Shown piece by piece: positions 27,205 through 40,427 of a stretch of DNA of 64,000 nucleotides. The translations under genes were made by a program, and so were the position numbers. The stretch comes from Sphaerodactylus townsendi (lineage: Eukaryota): contig NC_059427.1 in the NCBI RefSeq assembly GCF_021028975.2, positions 77,872,001-77,936,000 on the forward strand, read 5' to 3'. How positions within the stretch are numbered: position 1 is the first letter of the stretch; each line of letters begins with the position of its first letter. The notes under the pieces are model-generated. The model was not told the DNA's origin and made no database searches. It worked only from the letters and a program-made list of their open reading frames with translations.

Positions 27205-27266
27205 TTTGCTTCCTTTCCGTTGTCTTGGGTTCGCTGCTTTCACCACCTTTGCTGGGGTTGAATGCT
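27205..27266 (-). CDS. LARP1: LARP1 exon ~2 (62 nt): (E)HSTPAKVVKAANPRQRKGSK
   Basis: Acceptor ttttccttag, donor gtatgt; phase 1 to 0. Confidence 0.93.
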
Positions 27267-28661
27267 CTAAGGAAAAAAGAATAGGGGAGGGGAAAAAGGA
27301 GGAAAAGTCAACAATTAATATTCTGATTACTGAAATACAACTACACTAGCTGTGAACAGAAACATATACCTGTTCATTCCTATTGTATAATTCTACGCAA
27401 CTTCCCAACCATTTCCCTCTATTCCAACGACTGAATATGATAGCATTTGCGAGAATCTTGTTTCACTAGTAAAACCACCAAAGTTGAATGTTGTACGCAA
27501 ACCAATTGATAATTATGAACTGACAAGTCAACTGGACTTTCCCCTTTTCCCCAGGACTCAGCATGTCTAGTCAGAACCTGACCATGAAGCCAAATTAGAG
27601 AACATCCCAGTTACAATTTTACATTCCGTTGCCAGTTTCAGTAAGTTCCATTTGTAAATTTATCCTACTAATACGAATGGGTGCAAAACTCAGCTCTGCT
27701 CACACATGAGAATACAGTTCTCAATGTTATAAATTGCAACCTGATACCCAAATAGGTTAGAAAGACTTATTGTGGCCAGCTACCCAAATAATGGAATCCT
27801 GTTTACTGAAAAATCTGCGTTTTCTGTTGCCAGCTTTTATTTTTCCTAAAACATCTATACATTTTCCTAAAACATCTATACATTTAAATGTCATTAATAT
27901 GCCAAACAGTTCGATTTTATATGCCAAGCTATAAAGTAAAGCATCCTATATTGTTAAAGCAGTAAGTAAAGTAACTTAAGGATTCATAGGATAAGCACCA
28001 TCACCAGTGTATCTAATAGCAATGAGTGATCCCCATCTGCAAATATCTAATTCTGTGAATTGGAGCCACACTGATAATAGTCAGATTTGTAAACTTGGGG
28101 GAACTTCCCAGGTTTGCAGAAAAACTAATTGGAGGGTTTAAATCCCACACATCCCTAGATAAAACTGTTGTCTATACTCCTCCCTTTCCTGCTGGACACA
28201 GCGTTGTCACTGACCCATGGGGAAGAGACTTCAGTGTGTTCAGTGCCTGGAAGCTGCATGGGGCTTGCCATTGTCACTGATGGGAAGGAAAGAAGATAGC
28301 CAGGAGCTGCACAGGGTTTACAACAGTTAACAGTGGTGGGTAAGAGCCTTGGTGGATCCATTGGCAAGAAGCCACATGGGGCTCATCAGCATCATTACTG
28401 TGGAAGAGAAACCTTGGGGGATCTGATAGATGGGAGCCATGCAGGGTTTTACTATCACTGTCATTGTAGTGGGGGGAATAAGCCTTTGTGTGCTCAGCAG
28501 CAGAAGTCATATGGGACTTGCCACCATTGATAGCCTTGGTAAGACTGGCAGCTGGGAGTTGTGCATGGCTCACCACCATTGACCAGTGGAGGGACTGTTG
28601 GTGGGCCCAACAACTGATAGATGAATAGGGCTTGGCAGCTTGGTTTCTGTTCAGAAACATA

Positions 28662-29135
28662 GGCAGTTTCTGCACGGGCTGAAAGCAACGGCTTCAGTCC
28701 GGTGAAACACCGTTTTGGCGGGGACCCTTTGCACAGGCGCCACTGCCAAATCGATGCAGAAGCGCTCTGTGCCCGCCAAAACGGTATTTTCAAAACTCGC
28801 TTGGGGAGTGAGTTTTCCTGCAAACGTCGGCTTCCATCCGCTGCCATGCGAATGCCCCATCTGCTGCCATGCCACACCCCCTAGCCTCTGTAGCTGCAGC
28901 CATCGCTCTGTCCATGGGGGAGTGTCCCCTGGCCTCCTCAGAGTGACAGCAGAGCGACGGCTGCCAGCAGGAGGTAAGGAGGTGTTTGGGGCCGGGGAGG
29001 GGAATACGCAGCTGTGCGGAGCCTGCTCAAACAGCTGCGCATCCCATGGGGCCGTTTGTGCGAACGGCCCCAGAGCCTGCATCGGCATGATCAATGCCGA
29101 TGCAGGCTCTCTCCCTTGGCTGTGCGGAAACAGCC
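28662..29135. mobile_element. PIF/Harbinger-like MITE
   Basis: TIRs ggcagtttctgcacgg / ctgtgcggaaacagcc; flanks ata/aca (degenerate 3-bp TSD); GC- and CpG-rich interior. Confidence 0.7.
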
Positions 29136-31689
29136 ACAGTTAGAACAAAGACTGTTTAGGCCCTCCACAAAGATGTAAGGCAAAGCTCCATCTTCTACAT
29201 TCGCCAGTAACAATGAGCTTCCTTCACAATCACATTTTTCAAGGGTGATTATGATGTCCTATTCAGGATTCTAGATACAGGAACACATCTAGGCACGCAA
29301 GTGTGAAGGAAACAGGTTTTGCAGGTATCTTATCTGGCTGAGAATTATAGAACAGAAGAATAACAGACTGAATTTGACCAACACTTTTCCAAAGTGCATC
29401 ATGGCAAAGAACCTTAACACCCAAGCCTTGTAGACATTCACTTGTGCTGCCAAGTTGTGACTTCTGTAATAAAAGTGGTACAGTAGTTACAGCACCTCCA
29501 AGTCAGTCAAGTGGAAGTATCTCTCTCTTAATGCTGTCCTTAAGACCTAGGTCTGGGGGGGGGGGAAGCCCCCAATGCGGTATGGAACTGAAGCTGCCTG
29601 CTCCCCAGCTGGACATAAACATGGCCTGTATATCAGAAGGAACCTTTGCCTGCGGAAGCATATTTTCCTGATCTTCAGCTGGAACAGCATCAAATCTTAG
29701 AGATACACCTGCAATTTTGACAAGTACCAAAACCAAACTCTCAAGGGATAAAAGCAACCTTATCTGGCGTTTCATTTTGGAACAGTGGAAAATCTTACAG
29801 AAAAGTGATCTTCTGGCACCCAGGTGCCAGAATAAACAACAAATTGGGGGGGGGGGATTGCACATCCACACCTCTTTATCTACCCCCTGGGAATGGAGAC
29901 CACACTGATCATGGTGAGGGTGGGGTTTCACCAACTTGGAATAGCACTGTAGATACTGTCCTGCTGCCTCCTGAGACCTTCAGAAGCACAGTCTTTGAAC
30001 TTGGGTTTTGTGGTCTATTCTTTTACCAGCTTGAGCAATTTTCCCTCCAAGATTTTCGGATTCTTTCCTTACTTTGCGTTTTTTTTTCATTATTTGCTTG
30101 TGGTGTGATTTTATGAGACTCTGTGTCTGGATGGGCTTGTTCTGCAGAGCCAAGTCCCAAGGTGCTGTGCGGGCGGCAGAGGTTCAATATTCAAAGCAAC
30201 TAATGTGCATGTGCTGTTTCAGGCATATTTAAAATGCAGTGGCTTAGGAAAGGTTTAGAACTGAGATGTACACTCATGTCATATTGCTTATGCACTGCCT
30301 GTTCATGTAACCCACACACATCTTTCTCTTCGTTTTACATCCATGCCTTCCCCCATGTATTCACCAGTTCATCCCACTCCTTCACCATAAAGGGAGAGCC
30401 ATTCTATATTACAGGATGTCACTGCTGGCCTGTACACTCTGAAACACATTTACCTAGTCAAAAGCAAACACACTTTCATGACTGGTTTTATTCAGGAGCA
30501 GAAGCAATCACTTCACATGATCTATTAACACCATAAAATTAGCAGATTTCCACAAAGGTACTGCCAAAATATCAATAAATGTGTTGAAAGTACAAGAAAG
30601 CTATGTATCCACAGAAGCCACCAGTTATATTTTTGTTAAGAAAATCAAGTACTTTGTTCTTAAGTGTCTATTTTTTTCTAAATTCAGAGTGTGCTACTTT
30701 TAAAAAGCAGAGCACTTTACACACAGCAAAATGAGATCAAGAACATACAGAGATGAGTAAATTTGTTTTTATAAAGACTACAGTATTTTTGTTCAGAATA
30801 TCTGGGAAGAAATCTTATTCTAACCCTTAGAACCCCACATATGCCCCATACCAACAGGCATAAGCTTTGTTGTCGCTGATTTTAAAATAATACTCACAAC
30901 AAAAACATATCTAGCCAACACAGCCCATATCCCCTTTAGAAACAGATCCCCTTTTTGAGGAGCAGAGGACAGTAATCATTTTAATCTTCAAAGTTATGTG
31001 TTCAAAAGGCACCCAATCCCCTTTTTAGAAAATCTGGGGCACCTCGCCTTTCAAAGGACAGGCAAGAAAGAGAGAAAAGAAACAGCATGATTCTATTTAA
31101 ACAAGTGTACCTCCTCACTTGCAGCGTGTTAAACTGAAAGAGAACGATTCTGGCATCTATTGCAGAAACTGCAGTGTAAGGTGTGCAAGTTAATGAATTA
31201 ACAGAACACTCCCATGCTGCTAGATCAAAACTACAAGGCTGCGACAACAGTCCAACCTTAAGATTAAAAAAGTTGTTAGAAGAAAAGAGAAGGATGAGTG
31301 CACATTCACAGAAGTGGGCTGGTTTAACTACTCCTGGAAGAGAATTCTACAATCTCATGTACAACAAAATGGTCATGAATACTTTGGCTGCTTGTCCAAG
31401 GCCAGATCTGGGAGTAGAGAATTCTGCTGCAGCTTTATTACTTGTTTGAGATTCCAAAATGTCCTTCAGAACTTCATGCCAGACTGAGGAAAACTTTTGA
31501 CTGCAGCGTAAAACAGTTGTTCTGATGCAGAATAGGTACCATGAATTGTGCAAGAATAAAGCCCCCTTTGTTATTATTCCTATTACTCTTCTAAATGTCT
31601 GGTGTGCTTCCAAAAGAACACCCCCCCCCCTTTCCCAAATATTCCAAGATTTGTACTATAGCACTATAGCAATCCAATGCATTACAATG

Positions 31690-32430
31690 CTGGTGATCCA
31701 TTAGTTGAAACTGGTCCAGAATGTAGCAGAAAGGCTCCTCACTGGAACAATAGTGAGACAGCATATTACACCCATATTAAAGCAGCTGCACTAGTTGCCA
31801 GTAGAATTCTAGATTATGTTCAAGGTTTGGGTTTTGACTTTTCAAGGCCTTAAAGGGGCATGGGGCCCTTATCTCTTCAAGGTCGCATCTCCCCATACTG
31901 CCCACAGAGAACACGTTAATCCTCCAGCAATATCCTCTTGGCGGTCCCTGGCCCCAAAAATGTTAGGTTGGCCTCAACAGAGGCAGTTTTTTTCGGCTCT
32001 GACTCCAGCTGGTGGAACTTTCGGTTGGCTGAAAGAAGGGCCCTGTGGGACCTTAACCAGTTCTGTAGGGTTGGAAAGACAGAGATGTTCCACTGGATCT
32101 TTAGCTGAGGCCATTCATCTGGTAATCCAACTGTCCATCTGATTGGGTTCCTAATTTCCACTCTGCACATCTGTGCATTCCCTCTTCACCCTCTCCTCCC
32201 AGAATGCAGAATGAGATCAAACAAGGATGATGTTTGAAAAAACTATTAGGGTTGGGATCCTAGAACTCCTATTAAGCCGCCATGTTATGTACTGTAGATT
32301 GTTAGGGAATAATTTATATTTTATTGATTTTAATGTTTTAATTCATATGTAAGCCACCCTGAGGCCAGCTTGAGCTGGGAAGGGTGGGGTATAGATATTG
32401 TAAAATAAAAATAAAAAATAAAATAAAACA
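31690..32430 (+). mobile_element. L2-type LINE 3-prime fragment
   Basis: KLVQNVAERLL...QHITPILKQLH...FKVWVLTF, then tail aagccaccctgag and (taaaa)n. Confidence 0.8.
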
Positions 32431-32654
32431 AATATAGCAATTCAGTGCAGTGCTATATCACCAGAATTCAGAGGTACTGGAATGCTATAGTGCTACAGTG
32501 CAAATCTCAGAACATTTTTTAAAAAGGCAAAAAGGAACACACCACAGAAAAAGGGAAGAAAAAGCAGCACTGTCTGAAATGGTCAGTACACTACAGGGCA
32601 CATTAGAGTTTGTTCACAGACAGATTGAAACAAGCTGTACAACATACCTGTCTC

Positions 32655-32799
32655 CAGGGGCGGAGCAAGGGAAAAAGGCCCAAGGGGCACATGCGTGCCT
32701 TGCGCCCCTGCCGCATTTCCACCCACCCTCCTGAACGCCCCTGCCACGCTTCCGCCATGGCGTCGCACCCGCCCCCGCCCCGTGGGCGCTATGCCACTG
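32655..32799. mobile_element. hAT-type MITE with perfect 8-bp TSD CCTGTCTC
   Basis: caggggcggagc...gctatgccactg ends; CCTGTCTC at 32647-32654 and 32800-32807. Confidence 0.85.
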
Positions 32800-33289
32800 C
32801 CTGTCTCTGTACAGCTTTACTCGGAAACAGATCAACAACAGGTGGCATCTGGTTTACAAAGGTAATCTGAAAGGGACCTTAGTTTCACAACAATCCTGTG
32901 AGGTAGAAGAGACCACATATCTGAACAGGGATTTGAACCTGACCTTCCAGTCCTAATCCAGCACTAACTATTACACCACATTGGTTCTTCCTCTTGAGAA
33001 ACAGTGAAATAATGTTTCTGTAATGTACCTCACAGAAACAAATAGGACTCAATAAATTATCTAGCTACCCAAAAGTTCAGCTATTTCAGAGAGATGTGTA
33101 GATGAAACCGCTTTAATGGCTACTGTCACTTTATTTCTTAAATAAGATGAATAGCTTAATTATATACAATTACCGGTACTCAAGCAGTGTAGAACCAATC
33201 AAAAGCCTGAAATGCTATATAACTAGTAGATCCTCTTAGTTCAGTAATTTACCTTCCTAATGTTTAAAGCAACTCTATAAAGCATGCCA

Positions 33290-33403
33290 TGGCTCTCAGT
33301 TTGCAAGACTTGAGCAAGGCTGTTAATGATTGAACATTTTGGAGTACACTGATTCATAGGGCCGCCATGAGTCGGAAGCAACTTGACAGTACTTAACACA
33401 CAC
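33290..33403 (+). mobile_element. Sauria SINE / RTE-BovB-like 3-prime tail
   Basis: catagggccgccatgagtcggaagcaacttgacag followed by acacacac. Confidence 0.6.
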
Positions 33404-33939
33404 AATGTTCAAAGTAGAGAGCTAACAATGAAAACAGATAACAGCAAGGGAGGAGGAAACTTAACCTCCAAAGTACAAGTACAGGTGGTGGATTCTGCAC
33501 AGTACAAATATAACAGGTTGACGAAGGGAATTATCCCAGTTTGGGGAAGAACTTTGAATGGGTCCCTTCCCCAAAGTAGGATTCACCCGTGGTATTTTCC
33601 TCAACCCAAGTTTTTCAAAAAAACACCAAAATCGTGATCTTTTTGAAAAAAGTCAGTTTGAAACTGCTATGAAGGGAAAGGCATGGGCACCAAACCGCTT
33701 TATTTTCCCCACCCTGCTGCCGCACATTCTCCTGCCTTAAGTCATGTCAGTTTTGTTTCTCCTGAGCTGCCAAACAGCATGATAACCCGCCATTTCAGAA
33801 ACATCTCCCAAGCATGTTTTCTCCCCTAGGAAATGACTGCGAGCACTATTTCACTCAAATTTGTACAGAAATTGATTCACAACAAATGGGGTTGTTGCGG
33901 GCAATGGCCCTGTTTCCTTCCCTTTTTATTTTTTGGTTA

Positions 33940-34915
33940 CCCAGAAAAAGTTCAATGAATAAACTATGTGGCAACAGATTTTGAAAAAGAGATCATAACA
34001 CATAAACAATATTTGATGGGCAGAATATACAAAATTCTACTGAAAATGGAAACAGAAATAGAACAAGTAAAAACGTGAAAGATAAAACGGATGCAAAACT
34101 TCAAGGACGAGACAACTTTTCAACAGTGGGAATCATTATAGACTAAAATTAAACTCACTGCGAGTCAGATACAGAAGAACTCGTATAAAATGTTTTTAGA
34201 TGGTATATTACACACAAAATGATTAAAAAGATGACTTAACATGACGGTTTCTCTGAAAATGTAATGAAGAGGTTTGAACTTTTTTTCATATGTGGTGGAT
34301 GTGTAAAAAACCCAAGAAATTTTGGATAGAAAAACGTAAGAGAATACAGCAGATAATCAAATTTAAATTTCCTCTTACTGCAAAAACAATGCTGTTGAAT
34401 ATACTACTAGAAAAGCTTACCAAGAAACAAAATGAACTGTGCTGGTACTCAATAACTGCTGTAAGAGTCATAATCGCAACAAACTGGAAATCCAATAAAG
34501 GTCCCACAACAGAACATTGGGAGGACAAAATCAGAGAATATGCTATCATGGTCAAACTAACTAATCTTGTGAATCAACATCCAAAAGATGAATTTGAGGA
34601 GAAATTGAGTCCTTATTTTTCATACCAATCTGATCTGACCATGTAAAAACAAAATAACTTGAAGACTGGAACTTAATAATGTTTAAGACATAATACATGG
34701 ACTAGTAAAAATGCTAAGTAGTATATAAATGATAAAGATTCCAATACCTTATAAAATCTCTCTAATAAATAGAAAATATATTGGTATCCATTATGTAATA
34801 TGTACTTTATATAATTAGGGGTAGATTTCTTTTTCTTTTATGTATTCATGTTTGCTTTCTATTACTTCTTCTACTTTTTTCTTGTATGTTTAATACATGT
34901 TGAAATTTTTTTTAA
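33940..34915 (+). mobile_element. L1/Tx1-type LINE 3-prime fragment, similar to 14680-16450
   Basis: FHMWWMCKKPKKFW and ITAVRVIIATNWK (ORF 34290..34646); aligns with 15640-16200. Confidence 0.8.
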
Positions 34916-35128
34916 AAGTGCAATGAGTAGAAGATTGTCTCAAGTGGAATAAATGTGCACAAGGAGCTCAGTGTGAGGAGGGGGGGGGCAAGCAGTAAAA
35001 ATGAGAGTGAACCCTTTAGAACAGAATGCTCCACAAGTCTTGGGATCTTTGTGTGTACCACCTGAGGTTTAACATATTATTCTATCCCGGGAGCAGAAAA
35101 TCTACAATGGTGCAAGCCTAAAACAATT

Positions 35129-35405
35129 GCAGTTTGGGAATATTTTAATCAAGTTCCTATACCTATGGATAAAGCTGGAATGCAAGCAAAATGCAAATAC
35201 TGCAACAAGGAAAAGAAAAGCCTTGTGGCCCTAACAAATCTATGTATTTCTAATGGTATAACCAAACTAAAATGAAACCTTTATCTAATGGTAAATATTA
35301 AGATTATAGCAGCAAGAGTGAGTCTTTATGTAGAACATCATGTTTTACTGACTAGTGACTTAAATATTTACCTAAATTGATTTGATTTAAATCAAATCCA
35401 CCCAG
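35129..35405 (+). mobile_element. Internally deleted hAT transposon with BED zinc-finger remnant
   Basis: AVWEYFNQVPIPMDKAGMQAKCKYCNKE at 35129-35212; terminal ttgatttaaatcaaatccacccag. Confidence 0.7.
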
Positions 35406-35639
35406 CTGTAACAACATTAAATCCTTGGGTGACTTAATTAATGACTGACGACTTAAATAACTATGTTAGTATGCCATAACATAAACATAAGTCCATGGTG
35501 CCAACTTCATATTTTGCAGTTCTTCCCTATTAGAAAAAGAATGCATAACAAAACAGGCAGTAGGAGATAATACTTTCTGACAGGCGCATCACTGGACCAT
35601 TAAACACCTTAAAATATAGTTTGTGCCAGTCTTAGATGA

Positions 35640-38600
35640 AATCAACCATGGTTAAGAGCTACATCTGGATCTTTACCCTTCAGCTTTGGACATTCAACTA
35701 TCTCTCCATAGTTCAGAAACTTCTAGAGGCAGAGCAGTACTGCTCTTATGATTTTGTTGATTCATACTGCATGCAAGACTTAAGTTAAGATTCAATAACC
35801 ATGATCTGATGAGATCTCCAAACTAACACAGTCTACTAACAGAAAACTTTGGCTGGAAGTTTTCCCAACTGAAATGTTGTCCTCCTTTTTCAGTTTCAGG
35901 AAAATCTAACCTGGAGGGTTAGAGACATTTGAAATGAAGACTAAGCATGTAGAAATTTAACGTTACAATACGCACTACCTTTAAATTAAAAAAAAAATGC
36001 ATGATGTCATTTGGGGATCATGTGGTCATGGAAACCAAGTGACTGAAACAACTCTCCCCCTTACCCACTCTATACATACAGCTGCACCGTACTACATAAA
36101 AAAGTAGCTACTGTACCATTCAATACTTTACAACTCTGCCGTGGGAAACTGTGTTCACTGAAATCAATACTTCATCCAGTAATCAATGTGATGCCCAAAA
36201 AGAGTGTTCTACCAAGACATGGAACTTGGTAGTGACTGAAACAACTGGGTTTGGAATTCCTGTAGCCAGCCCCCACTGGAATGTTACTGGAATCATGGTT
36301 TTCCTTGTTTGGTCAATTTATCAGGTTTTTTGGACCAGTAGGACTGAAGCTAATGATATGGGTGCCTCTCTGAAAGAAGTTTCTGGTGCTTGACGACTGA
36401 ACTCTCCTTAGTTACGGTCTGATTTGGAATAAGGTACGATGGGAACAAAAGGAATGAGAAGAGAAGGGTCTTTTATTGTCCCTCCACAGACTTCTGAGCA
36501 TGGACTTCTATTTCTAGGTTCAACCAGGATCTTGTTGAGACAGAACAACCTTCTACTCTGGATTAGATAGGCTATTACTATGGACTTAGAATGCAGATCT
36601 GCTTGCCAAGTGTGAAGTCTTATATTCCATCAGGCCATAGAAGCATGCCACAAAGCAGGATGTAACAGTCACTGTGTTGAGGGAGGTATCCATCAGGAAG
36701 GTGACCACATTGAGAATGTGGCTGGTAAGCTCTATTGCCCTTCTGTGATCACCAAGAATTAGCTAGACCAGTTTCTGGGCCAACACAATGGGTGTTCTAG
36801 AGATTAAGGCAAAGGTAGATGCTCTGATGATCATTGCCATGGCCTCATGAGACTTCAACACTGCATAATCCACTCTTCTGTTCAATCCTTCCTTTATGGA
36901 TCAAACATCATCACTTCAGGCCAGGCCAGCAGACAGTAATGCAGGAGAATATACTAGGCGCAGTGGTGGCAAACCTTTGGCACTCCAGATGTTATGGACT
37001 ACAATTCCCATCAGCCCCCTAGGAGAACCTGCAACAAATGAGGACCCAAGAAATAAAGCTTTTTGGTAATGTTTGGGAACTGCCTGCTAGATGTAGGCTT
37101 GGTCCTCTCATTTCTGAGTTATGGCAGTATTTCTTGTCTGCTCCAGGTTATTTTCATCAATGGAGCTGTCTCCATGAGCATCAAATGGATGTAAGATAGG
37201 ATGCCCATCATTCTCTAAGAGGAATCTGTCTCTTCCAGATATTGAGGCCAGCAAGAGGGGATCCTCCCAGGCTTGCCCAAAGGTCATTAAGAAAAAGAAG
37301 GGGGAGGAGAGTAGAACAGAGAAAAGACATGGAGAGAGGAGCAGAGAGGAGGTGTGAAGAGTAGGAATGAGGGGGGAAAGGGACAAATTGGGACTGGATA
37401 AAAGAACATAAGAACAAGCCAGCTGGATCAGACCAAAGACCATCTAGTCCAGCTCTCTGCTATTCGCAGTGGCCCACCAGGTGCCTTTGGGAGCTCACAT
37501 GCAGGATGTGAACGCAATGGCCTTCTGCAGCTGTTGCTCCCGATCACCTGGTCTGTTAAGGCATTTGCAATCTCAGATCAAGGAGAATCAAGATTGGTAG
37601 CCATAAATCGACTTCTCCTCCATAAATCTGTCCAAGCCCCTTTTAAAGCTATCCAGGTTAGTGGCCATCACCACCTCCTGTGGCAGCATATTCCAAACAC
37701 CAATCACACGTTGCGTGAAGAAGTGTTTCCTTTTATTAGTCCTAATTCTTCCCCCCAGCATTTTCAATGAATGCCCCCTGGTTCGAGTATTGTGAGAAAG
37801 AGAGAAAAATTTCTCTCTGTCAACATTTTCTACCCCATGCATAATTTTGTAGACTTCAATCATATCCCCCCTCAGCCGCCTCCTCTCCAAACTAAAGAGT
37901 CCCAAACGCTGCAGCCTCTCCTCATAGGGAAGATGCTCCAGTCCCTCAATCATCCTTGTTTGCCCTTCTCTGCACTTTTTTCTATCTCCTCAATATCCTT
38001 TTTGAGATGCGGCAACCAGAACTGGACACAGTACTCCAAGTGCGGTCGCACCACCGCTTTATATAAGGGCATGACAATCTTTGCAGTTTTATTCTCTCAA
38101 TTTCCTTTTTCTAATGATCCCCAGCACAGAGTTTGCCTTTTTTTACAGCACCTTTACCATGCACATTGGAGTTGACATTCCCATTGGAACTATCCACTAA
38201 GGCCAGGCTTAAATCCCTTTCCTGGTCTGTGACTGATAGCACTGACCCCTGGCAAGGCCGATCATAATTATGTGAAGTTTGGATTTTTTGCCCCTATGTG
38301 CATCACTTTACATTTTGCTAAATTGAACTGCATTTGCCATTTCTGAGCCCACTCACCTAATTTATCAAGGGTCAGCTCAGACTCTTACGCGTCAACTTGT
38401 GGTTCTCACCACCCTACATAATTGGATGCATCAATCTGCAAACTTGGCACTGCGCTTCACCCACCCTACTTCCAGGTCATTTTGCCCTTATGAGATAGGT
38501 TAAAGAGCACTGAGTCCCAAGCTAACGAGGATCCTTGGGGGACACCACTCTCGACATCTCTCCATTGTGAGAACTTCCCATTTACACCCACTCTTTGTTT

Positions 38601-40427
38601 CCTGTTTCTCAGCCAGTTTTGAGAAATCCATAGGGGACTTCCCCTCTTATTCCCTTCATTGCTGCTGAGTTTTTCTCCAACAGTCTCCTGGTGAGGGAAC
38701 TTTGTCAAAAGCAACACGGAAATCCAAGTAGAACCATTTTAATGTCTGCTTCGGTTCCCCCTTATCCACATGCCTGTTTACACCCCTCAAAGAACTCTAG
38801 TAGAAGATTTGTAAGACAGGATTTGACTGCTTCCTCAGCAGCAGGTCTTGCTTTTCCTACATGTTTTATAATTTTACATCTTTTAATGATAGATTCTACT
38901 AATTTGCCAGGAACAGATGTCAAACTGACTGGCCTGTAATTTCCCGGGTCCCCCTAGATCCCCTTTCTTAAAGATTGAATTGTGACGTTGGCCAATCTTC
39001 AGTCTTCAGAGGATGGAGCCTGAGTTTCAAGGATAATGGGTTTGCATATTAAAAGGGTAGAGAGAAGATCAACTTAATTTCATGCTTCAGCTCTTTAAAG
39101 GGCACTCTTAGGTGGAATGCAATCTGGGCCAGGGGATTTGGTAACATTTAGTTTATCAATGGCTGCCAGAACTTCTTCCTTGTCTACCACTATCTTCGCT
39201 AGTTCCTCCCGGATTTGCCTCCCTAAGAGCTTGGTTCAAGGTGCAGGAATGTTCAACCTCACCTCCTCTTGCAGGTGAAGACAGATGCAAAAGAATTCAT
39301 TCCAGCTTCTCTGCCCAATCTCCCTGCACCATCTTTTAGCACACCCTTTGTTTCCTTTGTCATCCCTACTTGGACCTACCGGCTTCCCCTTGCTTTGGCT
39401 TCCTGCTTTTGATGTACTTGAAGAGACTTTGTTTTGTTGCTGGTCTTGATGTTCAAGGCCATAGTTCCCTCATAATCCTTTTTTGCCTCCCTTACAGCTG
39501 ACTTGCTTCTCTTTTGCCACCATTTTGTGTTCCCTCTCATGTATTCTTCATCAGCCAAACTGGACTTCCATTTTTTCTAAAAGACATGTTTCTTTTTTTC
39601 TGATAATTTCCTCAACCTCTCTTGTTAACCATGTTGTTGGCTTTTCTTTTTTGGACTGGAGTGCTGCCTTTTTCTTCCCAACCTAGTGGAACACATTCCA
39701 GCTGAGCTTTTATTACTGTGTTTTTTTAAATAACCTCCAAGCATCCTGGACAGTTTTGACTCTCTTGATTTTTCCCTTTTCCAGCTATCCCTGCGCACTA
39801 TCCCACACTCATCTTTGAGAGATTTCTACCACCACCACCCTTTCTGAAGGCGAATGTAACTACTACTAGTAGTTGCCACTTGTTAAGCACATTGCTGAGA
39901 TACTGAGATCTGACAGCATTGTAGTGCAGGCTGTTATTCCCTATTGGCTCAACAACGCACTTTGACTTCCTGCACCCAGGTCCTGGGTTCCCCACAAAGG
40001 AATTAGATCTGGGATCCACTTACCTCTCTCCCCTGGTTGGTTCCACAACCATCTGCTCCTAAACCCACAGTCATTTAGCATATCCAGAGATGCTCTCTCC
40101 CTTACTATGACCTGAACATGTATTTTTTTCCAGTTTATATGGGGATAGTTAAAATCACCCATTACCGCCATTTTTTGTTTTTGTTGGCCTCTCTAATTTC
40201 TTTTTCCATCTCAGAATCCTCTTGTGCACTTTGGTCAGGGGGAAGACTCTTCCTGGAAGTCTGAGAATACTCTAAGGAGCAAATCAAGAAGAAAGACAAG
40301 AAGCCTGCTCAGCTATATTCTTTGATGAGTTAGGAAGCAAATTGGGCTTGAGTGACTCCCACCTGGGAGACAGGAAGATGAAGAAATGGTTCATCCATAT
40401 CAAGATGCCCTCTTCTTCACAAGAAGA
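35640..40427 (-). mobile_element. Old DIRS element (DIRS-C): left-ITR relic, gag and RT-start relics, interrupted by CR1
   Basis: 40389-40427 resembles the DIRS left ITR (ccat..caagatgccc..agaa); 36470-36620 aligns with DIRS-B gag 61850-61990; 36260-36300 aligns with the PVGGRL RT start. Confidence 0.6.
37403..40242 (-). mobile_element. CR1 LINE, 5-prime truncated (~2.8 kb)
   Basis: ORF2 C-terminus LPYEERLQRLGLFSLERRRLRGDMIEVYKIM; SGVPQGS; endonuclease VMGDFNYPHINW and PPDQ; 3-prime ttcttatgttct repeat. Confidence 0.95.

Larger units (their letters stand above)
316..27266 (-). other. LARP1: LARP1 gene, internal coding portion (13 exons, approx. exons 2-14); gene extends beyond both window edges
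   Basis: Spliced translation matches vertebrate LARP1 as I recall it (EHSTPAKVVK..KGSK/VGDFGDATNWPTPGEIAHKSVQ, RG repeat, La motif, PAM2). All 12 introns are GT-AG and phases are consistent; 2032 nt total. The exon 2-3 sequence favours LARP1 over LARP1B. Confidence 0.97.

Noticed and set aside
27400-27560. Possible intronic snoRNA or miRNA near exon 2
   Set aside because: No clear C/D or H/ACA boxes with a terminal stem and no clean hairpin; an Rfam/Infernal scan would be needed.
28651-29143. Overlapping GC-rich ORFs and a CpG cluster
   Set aside because: Fully explained by the Harbinger-like MITE at 28662-29135.
29503-30200. Possible alternative LARP1 5-prime exon (ORF 29503..29934)
   Set aside because: No convincing acceptor/donor pair in phase 1, no similarity to LARP1 N-termini I recognise, and it overlaps MITE-like sequence.
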